Source: Candidatus Omnitrophota bacterium
Lineage (GTDB): Bacteria; Omnitrophota; Gorgyraeia; Duberdicusellales; 4484-171
Assembly: GCA_023135905.1 (NCBI GenBank)
Contig: JAGLSE010000029.1
Location: 1 to 54,032 of the forward strand
Direction: 5' to 3'
DNA: 54,032 bases
Below the pieces are notes generated by a model. That model did no database searches and was not told where the DNA came from. It was given only the letters and a program-made list of their open reading frames with translations. Shown in pieces: positions 46,758 to 54,032 of the stretch. A program made the position numbers and the translations under genes. Numbering within the stretch: position 1 is the first letter of the stretch; every line of letters begins with the position of its first letter.

Positions 46758-47762
46758 ATGAAAGAAAGTTTATCTATAATCGGAGCTGGAAACTGGGGAA
46801 CAACTTTAGCTATAACCTTATCTTTAAAAGGGTTATCTGTTGATTTGCATAGTGTATTCGAAGAACATAATATCCAGATGCAGGAAGAAAGAGTAAATAA
46901 TCTATTTTTAAAAGGGAAAAGATTTCCTCCATCTTTGACTATAACCAAAACATTAGAAGATGCTTTAAAAAATGATATTATTATAATTGCTATTCCGGTT
47001 AAATTTATCAGTAGTGTTTTGAAGAAGATTAAAAAGCATAAAGTATCTTTAAAAAATAAAATTTTTGTAAGTGTAAGTAAAGGTATAGAGTCTAAATCAT
47101 TAAGAAGAGTTTCTCAAATAATAAAGGATGAATTAAATATTTTAAATATAGCAGTCCTTTCAGGACCAAATATCGCTAATGAGGTTATAAATAATGTGCC
47201 TTCAGCCGCTATTTTGGCATGTAAAAATAAAAAAATCGGACATAGGCTGCAAATTTTATTTACAAATCCGACATTTAGAGTTTATTATCATAAAGATATT
47301 ATAGGCGTGGAACTTGGCGGAGCTTTAAAGAATATAATAGCCCTTTCGTGTGGTATTTCTGATGGTTTAGGGTTTGGGATTAATACCAAAGCTGCTTTAG
47401 CAACCAGAGGGTTGGCAGAAATTACTCGATTAGGTAAGGCATTAGGGGCTAATCCTATTACGTTTTGGGGTATAAGTGGACTTGGAGATTTGGCTACAAC
47501 TTGTTTTTCAGCATATTCTCGTAACCGGATTGTAGGAGAACAGATAGGTAAAGGAAGAAAATTAGATGATATTATAAAAGATATGAATATGGTAGCTGAA
47601 GGAGTTGAAACTGTCAAAGCGGCTTTTAAATTAAGCAGGAAGTTAAATATAGATATGCCTATTATGAAAGAAGTTTATTCTGTTTTATATAAAGGAAAAT
47701 CGCCTAAAAAAGCTGTAGAGGATTTAATGACTAGGCCTTTAAAAACAGAAAAAATAGGTTGA
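46758..47762 (+). CDS. gpsA: NAD(P)H-dependent glycerol-3-phosphate dehydrogenase
   Basis: IIGAGNWGTTLA Rossmann motif, SKGIE, GPNIANEV and GGALKNIIA motifs. Confidence 0.94.
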   Translation: MKESLSIIGAGNWGTTLAITLSLKGLSVDLHSVFEEHNIQMQEERVNNLFLKGKRFPPSLTITKTLEDALKNDIIIIAIPVKFISSVLKKIKKHKVSLKNKIFVSVSKGIESKSLRRVSQIIKDELNILNIAVLSGPNIANEVINNVPSAAILACKNKKIGHRLQILFTNPTFRVYYHKDIIGVELGGALKNIIALSCGISDGLGFGINTKAALATRGLAEITRLGKALGANPITFWGISGLGDLATTCFSAYSRNRIVGEQIGKGRKLDDIIKDMNMVAEGVETVKAAFKLSRKLNIDMPIMKEVYSVLYKGKSPKKAVEDLMTRPLKTEKIG

Positions 47763-48280
47763 ATTATATTGGAGGATAGAACTAATAAGAGGATTAAAAT
47801 GTCTGGTATTCATCATTAGATTCATTAGTTAGAAGAGAATGTATAAATATTTTAATTGACGATAAATTATTGTAGTTTATTCCATAAAATTCAGTTCTGA
47901 TGTTGAACAAATAAGCATATATTGTACCTTTTGATTGCATTCGGCTGAATATTTATTATATTTTTACCTAACATTTTATTAGAGTATTTTCTGTTCCGGA
48001 AATTTCAATATTTATAATGTAACTTAGCTAATTTTTGGTTAATAATAAATCTAATTCCACGAATACGTATATTTTCGGTTTTACCTTTAAAAGTTTTGTT
48101 TTGAGAGTTACGAATAATTGTTTTAGACGGCACATTTATTCTGAAAAAATTTCGTCTTTCATCAGCGTTTCATATTATGGAAATCTCCTTTTTAAGATTA
48201 AAATAAAAAAACAATAGTTCAATAAAATCAGAAGTATTATTTATTTTTTTGTGTTAAAAAATATGTAAAAATTAGAGAAA

Positions 48281-48447
48281 TTTAATCAATGAGACTTAGA
48301 TTTTTAGGAGAAAAATCTGTGGTCGAATTGATCCTGAGCGAGTAAAACGAGTCGAAGTCTCTTGGATTTAATTCCCCGCATTTTACTGCGGAAAAGTTAT
48401 TTAGGGGAAACCTTCGATACCCCCGTAGCTTGTCGCGGTAGTTGATT
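48281..48447 (+). repeat. Dispersed structured element, copy 6
   Basis: TTTAATCAATGAGACTTAGATTTTTAGGAGAAAAATCTGTGGTCGAATTGATCCTGAGCGAGTAAAACGAGTCGAAGTCTCTTGGATTTAATTCCCCGCATTTTACTGCGGAAAAGTTATTTAGGGGAAACCTTCGATACCCCCGTAGCTTGTCGCGGTAGTTGATT. It ends 81-96 nt upstream of the gcvT start. Confidence 0.9.
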
Positions 48448-48528
48448 AAAATATGTATTACAAAATTGTCATTTTATGATAAAATTATTAGTCTTAAAAA
48501 AATAAAATAGGCAGATGTATCTTTTATA

Positions 48529-49653
48529 ATGTTTTTAAAACCAATGAATTTAAAAAAAACCCCTTTTTTTGAGAGGCATATTGAAAATAATGGAAGAATG
48601 GTCGATTTTTCCGGTTGGGCATTACCTGTAGAGTATAAAAGTTTGCTCCAGGAAGCTAAAGCTGTACGGAATAGTTGTGGTTTGTTTGATGCTTCACATA
48701 TGGGAGAAATAATTATAAAGGGTCAAAAAGCCTTTGATTTTGTGCAAAGACTTACGCCTAATGATATTGGCTTGATTGATGTGTTTGGGATGCAATACAA
48801 TGTTTTTTTAAACCCAGAAGGAGGTATTATAGATGACCTGATGGTATATCGATTAGAACAAGATATATTATGTGTTGTCAATGCTTCGAATAAAGAAAAA
48901 GTTTTAAATTGGCTTAATAGCCAAAATGAAGAGGATGTTGAAATATTAGATATAAGTGATAACATCGCGCTTATTTCTTTGCAAGGTCCGAATTCATGTG
49001 AAGTCTCTGAAAAAGTTTTTGGTAAAGATATTTCCAATTTAAAATATATGCATTTTTTGAAAAAGGAATTTAAGGATCAAGAAATTATTATTTCACGCAG
49101 TGGATATACAGGTGAAGACGGATTTGAAATATATGCCGATTGGCAGAAGGCTTGTTGTTGGTGGGATTGTCTGGTAGAAGAAGGAAGAGAATTTGGGTTA
49201 ACCCTTTGTGGTTTAGGCTCTCGGGACGTATTAAGAATAGAAACAGGGTATTCTTTGTACGGACATGAAATTGATGACTCAACTAATCCTTATGAGGCTT
49301 CTTTAGGGTGGATAGTCAAAATGAATAAAAATTTTATAGCTAAAGAAAATGTTTTGCGCTTTAAAAAAAATATTTTAAAAAGAAAAAAAATAGGTTTTAT
49401 TATGAAAGATAGGTCTTTCCCTAGACAAGGTTATAAAATCTATTCAGATGGGAGGGAGGTAGGAGAAGTTTGTAGCGGCGCTTATTCTCCTAATATAAAC
49501 AAGTCTATAGGTATGGCTTATGTACGATATGATTTAGCAGCAATAGGTACAATAATAGATGTGGAAATAAGAAATAAATTTTATAAAGCTGAGATATCAG
49601 AATTACCTTTTATAAAAGCTAAAATAAAAAAACAAGTTTCAATAGATATTTAG
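48529..49653 (+). CDS. gcvT: Glycine cleavage system aminomethyltransferase (T protein)
   Basis: TPFFERH...GRMVDFSGWALPVEY and DASHMGE motifs; gcv operon context. The true start may be the ATG at 48544 (MNLKKTP...). Confidence 0.94.
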   Translation: MFLKPMNLKKTPFFERHIENNGRMVDFSGWALPVEYKSLLQEAKAVRNSCGLFDASHMGEIIIKGQKAFDFVQRLTPNDIGLIDVFGMQYNVFLNPEGGIIDDLMVYRLEQDILCVVNASNKEKVLNWLNSQNEEDVEILDISDNIALISLQGPNSCEVSEKVFGKDISNLKYMHFLKKEFKDQEIIISRSGYTGEDGFEIYADWQKACCWWDCLVEEGREFGLTLCGLGSRDVLRIETGYSLYGHEIDDSTNPYEASLGWIVKMNKNFIAKENVLRFKKNILKRKKIGFIMKDRSFPRQGYKIYSDGREVGEVCSGAYSPNINKSIGMAYVRYDLAAIGTIIDVEIRNKFYKAEISELPFIKAKIKKQVSIDI

Positions 49654-49750
49654 ATATTTTTTGTTAACCTAAAATTCAAGGAATATTATTTTTGTATTAT
49701 AAGCTAAATATTTTTCGGTTAAGATTTAATAATTTAAAAGGAGGATTCCA

Positions 49751-50134
49751 ATGATAGATTTAAAATTTACTAAATCGCATGAGTGGGTTAAACTAGATGG
49801 AGAAATTGTCACTATAGGTATAACAGATTATGCTCAACATCAGTTAGGTGATGTAGTTTTTATTGAATTACCTGAAATGGGAGATAAATTTGATCAAGGT
49901 TCTCAATTTGGGACTATTGAATCCACAAAAGCAGCTACTGAATTATTTATTCCTTTGACCGGGGAAGTTGTTGAGATAAATAGTGAATTAAGTAACAACC
50001 CTCAATGGGTCAATGAAAACCCCTTAGGGAAGGGATGGATGATAAAGATTAAGGTAAACATTTTGTCTGAAATGGGCAGTCTTTTAGATGAGGGGTCTTA
50101 TAAAAAAATTTTAGAAGACGAAATTAATAAATAA
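49751..50134 (+). CDS. gcvH: Glycine cleavage system H protein (lipoyl carrier)
   Basis: FTKSHEWV...ITDYAQ..LGD and the lipoyl-lysine motif IESTKAA; AGGAGG SD. Confidence 0.95.
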   Translation: MIDLKFTKSHEWVKLDGEIVTIGITDYAQHQLGDVVFIELPEMGDKFDQGSQFGTIESTKAATELFIPLTGEVVEINSELSNNPQWVNENPLGKGWMIKIKVNILSEMGSLLDEGSYKKILEDEINK

Positions 50135-50189
50135 AGTTGGGATTTTAAAGAAAAAATTTATAAACATTAAAACAAAATAATTTAGTTAT

Positions 50190-51536
50190 ATGCCCTACAT
50201 TTTAAATACTCAGAAAGATATAAAAGATATACTTAAGTGTTTAGGATTATCTTCGATTGACGGTCTATTTAAACGAATTCCGGAGCAGCTTAAACTGAAA
50301 AACTCTGTTAATTTACTTAAAGGATTAAGTGAGTTTGAAACTAAAAATGTTTTAATGGGACTAGCTGATAAAAACATATCTATAGATAGCTGCAATTCTT
50401 TTTTAGGCGCGGGCTGTTATGATCACTATATACCTGCGGCATTGTCATATATTCTTTCAATTCCGCAATTCCTTACTGCGTATACCCCTTATCAAGCGGA
50501 ATGTTCTCAAGGAATATTACAGGCAATTTATGAGTATCAAACCTATATTTGTCTTTTGACAGGTATGGATGTTTCGAATGCTTCTCTTTTTGATGGTGCT
50601 TCAGCTTTATCTGAAGCAGTATTGATGGCATTAAGAATAAATAAAAAAAATAAAATACTTATATCTCAAAGTGTACATCCGGAATATAAAGAAACTTTAA
50701 AAACATATTTAAGTGGATTGGGTTTTATTATAAAGGAAGTTGGTTTTAATAATCAGGGGATTGTAGATAATCAAGCATTATTTGAATGTTTAGATGATGA
50801 TGTCTCATGTTTTGCTTTTCAAAGTCCTAATTTTTTTGGTTTGATTGAAAATGTAAATGAATTAGTACATGAAGTTAAAGGGAAATGTGTCATACCAATT
50901 ATGGCTACAAATCCATTATCTTTATCTATTTTAAAGGAACCGGGTGCGTTAGGTGTAGATATTGTTTGCGGTGATGGCCAAACTTTAGGCGGAAATTTAA
51001 ATTACGGTGGACCTTCCTTTGGGTTTATCGCAACAGGTAAAAAATATATTAGGCAAATTCCTGGAAGGATTGTCGGCGCGACTGTAGATAAGGAAGGTAA
51101 AGATGCCTATTGTTTAACACTTCAGACTAGGGAACAGCATATTCGGAGGGAGAAAGCAACAAGCAATATTTGTTCTAATCAGTCGTTAAATGCAATTGGG
51201 GCAGCTGTATATCTTTCTTTGTTAGGCAAGGAAGGCCTTAAAGACGCAGCTTTATATTCTTTTAGTAATGCTCAGTATCTTTATAAAAGGCTTAAAGAGG
51301 TTAGGGGAATAAATGTTCCCTTTAAACCTACAATATTCAATGAATTTATTTGGGAAGTTGAGGATGCCCTGATAATTATAGAGAAACTTTATAAAAGGAA
51401 TATTATCCCGGGATATTATTTGGAAGATAAATTTCCTAAATTTAAAAATTGTATATTAAGCTGCTGTACTGAGAAAAAAAATAAAAAAGATATTGATGAT
51501 TTTATAAATGCGATAGCAGAGGTTTTACATGGATAG
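50190..51536 (+). CDS. gcvPA: Glycine dehydrogenase (decarboxylating) subunit 1
   Basis: FLGAGCYDHYIP, TAYTPYQAE.SQG and REQHIRREKATSNICSNQ motifs. Confidence 0.94.
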   Translation: MPYILNTQKDIKDILKCLGLSSIDGLFKRIPEQLKLKNSVNLLKGLSEFETKNVLMGLADKNISIDSCNSFLGAGCYDHYIPAALSYILSIPQFLTAYTPYQAECSQGILQAIYEYQTYICLLTGMDVSNASLFDGASALSEAVLMALRINKKNKILISQSVHPEYKETLKTYLSGLGFIIKEVGFNNQGIVDNQALFECLDDDVSCFAFQSPNFFGLIENVNELVHEVKGKCVIPIMATNPLSLSILKEPGALGVDIVCGDGQTLGGNLNYGGPSFGFIATGKKYIRQIPGRIVGATVDKEGKDAYCLTLQTREQHIRREKATSNICSNQSLNAIGAAVYLSLLGKEGLKDAALYSFSNAQYLYKRLKEVRGINVPFKPTIFNEFIWEVEDALIIIEKLYKRNIIPGYYLEDKFPKFKNCILSCCTEKKNKKDIDDFINAIAEVLHG

Positions 51537-52986
51537 AAAAACAATATTTGATAAAACAGCTGATTTAAGAAGGAGCGATTATTTTTCTTCTCCCGGTGTT
51601 CCTTTAATATCTCCAGGGGACGTTTTATCTCCGCAATTTTTAAGAGATGATTTGTTTTTGCCTAGTTTAGGGGAATTAGATGTAGTAAGACATTATTCAA
51701 ATCTAGCTAAACTTAATTTTTCGGTAGACACTAATTTTTATCCTTTAGGGTCGTGTACTATGAAATATAATCCGAAGATTAATGAGAGTATGTCAAGCTT
51801 AGAAGGGTTTACGTCTATACATCCTTATCAGCGTGAAGATATGACCCAAGGAGCTTTAGAATTGCTGTATGATTTAGAACAAAAGCTATGTGAAATTACA
51901 GGGATGAAACGGTTCACATTGCAGCCCTCTAGTGGAGCTCAAGGCGAACTTGCCGGGATGTTGATGATTCGAAAGTTTCATGAATTAATGGGTAACAAGA
52001 AAAACAAAGTTATAATTCCAGATAGCGCTCACGGTACAAATCCGGCAACTGCTTCTATGTGCGGATATGATACATTGGTTATAGATAGCAATTCTCAAGG
52101 GCTTATTGATATTGAGAAATTGCGAAGTATGGTTGATGATAAAGTTGCCGCTATAATGCTTACAAATCCGAACACTTTGGGTTTATTTGAAGAAAATATT
52201 TTAGAGATAAGTAATATTATTCATAATAAAGGCGGTTTGCTTTATTATGATGGGGCTAATCTTAATCCTCTTTTGGGGATAGTAAAACCTGCTTCAATGG
52301 GGTTTGATGTGGTACATCTTAATTTTCATAAGACATTTTCTACTCCTCATGGTTGTGGAGGCCCCGGTGCGGGTGTTGTAGGTGTGGGTGATATTTTAAA
52401 AGATTTTCTTCCAGTACCTTTAGTAAATAAAAAAAATGATAAATTTTATTTAGATTATGAAATAAAAAATTCGATAGGTAAAGTGAGAACTTTTTACGGC
52501 AATTTTAATGTATTAGTAAAGGCTTATACTTATATATTAAGGTTAGGAAGAGATGGGTTGCTTAGGGTAGCTCAAAACTCAGTGTTGAATTCCAGGTATT
52601 TAAAAGAAAAACTAAAAAAATATTATGAACTTGCGTATATTAAAGATTGTATGCATGAGGTAGTGTTTACTTGTGAAAAACAAAAAGAAAGAGGAGCGTC
52701 CGCTTTAGATATTTCAAAAAGGCTGATTGATTTTAATATCCATCCTCCTACTATGTATTTCCCTTTGATCGTTAAAGAGGCTTTAATGATCGAGCCTACA
52801 GAAACTGAGAGTAAAGAAACTCTAGATAATTTTATCCAAATAATGATAGAAATAAATAAAGAGATAGATGTATCTTTAGAAAAGTTAAAAAATTCTCCTT
52901 TAACTACAATTTTAAAAAGAGTTGATGAAGTTAATGTAGCAAGAAATCCAAAGGTAAGATGGATTAAAGACAAAAAAAGTATTTAA
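51529..52986 (+). CDS. gcvPB: Glycine dehydrogenase (decarboxylating) subunit 2
   Basis: YPLGSCTMKYNPK, LQPSSGAQGE and the NFHKTFSTPHGCGGPG PLP-lysine region. 8-nt overlap with gcvPA. Confidence 0.94.
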   Translation: MDRKTIFDKTADLRRSDYFSSPGVPLISPGDVLSPQFLRDDLFLPSLGELDVVRHYSNLAKLNFSVDTNFYPLGSCTMKYNPKINESMSSLEGFTSIHPYQREDMTQGALELLYDLEQKLCEITGMKRFTLQPSSGAQGELAGMLMIRKFHELMGNKKNKVIIPDSAHGTNPATASMCGYDTLVIDSNSQGLIDIEKLRSMVDDKVAAIMLTNPNTLGLFEENILEISNIIHNKGGLLYYDGANLNPLLGIVKPASMGFDVVHLNFHKTFSTPHGCGGPGAGVVGVGDILKDFLPVPLVNKKNDKFYLDYEIKNSIGKVRTFYGNFNVLVKAYTYILRLGRDGLLRVAQNSVLNSRYLKEKLKKYYELAYIKDCMHEVVFTCEKQKERGASALDISKRLIDFNIHPPTMYFPLIVKEALMIEPTETESKETLDNFIQIMIEINKEIDVSLEKLKNSPLTTILKRVDEVNVARNPKVRWIKDKKSI

Positions 52987-53248
52987 TCTAAATGCGGTAT
53001 ATTATAAGAAGTAGATATCTTGTATACAAGAACAAGTTGTACTTTTGTTGGTATACATAGCATTGTTTAATAAATAAGTTCAATTCTTTTTAGTTTTAGA
53101 TTTATTTAAAAAATAAATACAAAAAATATAAATTTTGAAATTAGTACTTATAATTCCAGAATAAAAACTTATAAGCTTGTATTAGCAATAAAGGTGAATT
53201 AAATTGAATTTAATATGTATATAAAAATTAAACTTAATAAATTGTAAG

Positions 53249-54028
53249 ATGCGGCAACAATGGCGGTTAATTCTTGATAATAAAAAAGACGGATTTTTAA
53301 ATATGGCTATTGATGAGGCTATATTTGATAATTATATAAAATATAAAATTCCGACTTTAAGAATTTATGGTTGGAAGGAACCGTTTCTTAGTTTAGGATA
53401 CGGTCAAACCCCAGATAAGGTTTTAATTAAAGGACAAAGTATTCCGTATGTTAAAAGGATAACAGGCGGAGCTACAATATTACATAATGAAGAAATAACT
53501 TATAGTATGATATGTTCGTCAGAAGATTTAAATTTGCCGAGGAAGGTGAAGGATTCTTTTAGGTGTTTATGTTCGTTTATTATTGAGTTTTATTTAATAT
53601 TGAATTTAGAAGCAAAATTTGCTAAAGACATTAATTCTTCATGTTTAAGAAGATATGAAAATTTTTGTTTTTCTTCTTTTGAACCATTTGATTTAACTGT
53701 TAAGGGTAAAAAAATTGGAGGTAATGCTCAAAGAAGAAAACGAAATTTTATTTTTCAACACGGGAGTATACCTCAAAAAATAGATTTTCAGTTAATAACA
53801 AGATTAGTCAAAGGGGTAAAAGATATAGAAAACAAAACAGATTGTTTAGATGGATTATTAGGGAAAAATACAGATTATTACTCTTTAAGAACTATTTTAG
53901 CGGAAAGTTTCAAAAAAGTCTTTTGTGTTGGATTTGTTGAAGAAAGGTTGTTCAAAGAAGAAACAATAAAAGTAGGCAATATATTAACCCGGAAAATGGC
54001 GCTGGTGCATAATAGTATCAGCGCCTGA
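53249..54028 (+). CDS. Lipoate-protein ligase / octanoyltransferase family protein (BPL/LPL catalytic domain)
   Basis: W.L......G..NMAIDEAI.....K..IPTLRIYGW..P..SLGY.Q, RITGGATILH and KKIGGNAQRR (catalytic Lys region); downstream of the gcv operon. Confidence 0.82.
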   Translation: MRQQWRLILDNKKDGFLNMAIDEAIFDNYIKYKIPTLRIYGWKEPFLSLGYGQTPDKVLIKGQSIPYVKRITGGATILHNEEITYSMICSSEDLNLPRKVKDSFRCLCSFIIEFYLILNLEAKFAKDINSSCLRRYENFCFSSFEPFDLTVKGKKIGGNAQRRKRNFIFQHGSIPQKIDFQLITRLVKGVKDIENKTDCLDGLLGKNTDYYSLRTILAESFKKVFCVGFVEERLFKEETIKVGNILTRKMALVHNSISA

Positions 54029-54032
54029 TTTC

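Noticed and set aside
48035-48217. 60-aa plus-strand ORF in the gpsA-gcvT gap.
   Set aside because: TTG start, no SD, and low-complexity sequence (..KIKIKKQ). No similarity to anything I recognise.
48448-48528. Glycine riboswitch upstream of gcvT.
   Set aside because: The segment is too short and AT-rich, and none of the conserved aptamer cores is seen.
706-52973. Minus-strand track ORFs nested inside plus-strand genes: 706-903, 2221-2490, 3437-3703, 8817-9002, 15548-15784, 16773-17024, 20783-21064, 21234-21482, 21725-21997, 22737-22946, 23469-23714, 24216-24413, 27423-27653, 27759-28019, 31047-31250, 32801-33040, 33954-34136, 34396-34590, 36006-36320, 40515-40748, 41661-41909, 42653-42835, 45589-45882, 46727-46948, 47288-47617, 48723-49037, 49088-49282, 50210-50395 and 52623-52973.
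   Set aside because: Each lies antisense to a confidently identified, motif-bearing gene. None has an SD, and their low-complexity, Ser/Ile/Phe/Lys-rich translations are typical of antisense frames in AT-rich DNA.
53019-53030. Perfect 12-bp palindrome CTTGTATACAAG in the gcvPB-lipoate ligase spacer, considered as an operator site.
   Set aside because: It is a single occurrence, with no second half-site, no nearby regulator gene and no clear promoter context. The evidence is insufficient.

Overview
Low-GC (about 30% by eye) bacterial chromosomal segment. It is tightly packed and almost entirely co-directional: about 50 genes on +, only trmI on -. Content is mostly housekeeping and biosynthetic operons, in this order: cysK with a COG1900/NIL-ferredoxin pair (sulfide-dependent homocysteine route); two DUF1573-like secreted proteins; a cupin; mntP; a complete biotin operon (bioB-F-H-like-C-D-A); trmI; an ApgM-like gene and lysC; a long cimA-ilvBNC-leuA-aroE-aroC string interleaved with a PilZ-PilT fusion ATPase, a DUF3352-like membrane protein and prepilin peptidase pilD; a TraB/GumN cassette; tRNA-Phe; a BNR-propeller/manC-like/radical-SAM/yggS block; tilS-ftsH-folP-cdaA; pdxJ-acpS-nnrD; a tRNA Thr-Tyr-Gly cluster; gpsA; gcvT-H-PA-PB and a lipoate-ligase-like gene. 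I saw no cas, transposase, integrase, reverse transcriptase, phage or rRNA genes. The most unusual signal is a dispersed family of six same-strand copies (29.1-48.4 kb) of a ~165-nt multi-hairpin intergenic element. It contains two paralogous GC-rich hairpins that look like CRISPR repeats, it shows wobble-preserving substitutions, and no mobility gene is associated with it. One copy abuts tRNA-Phe and another abuts a truncated cdaR. Several eroded genes (feoB, PepSY-like, DUF89, cdaR) point to ongoing genome reduction. Product calls rest on motif recognition and synteny, not on database searches. Taxonomy cannot be established from this window; an uncultivated anaerobe is only an inference.
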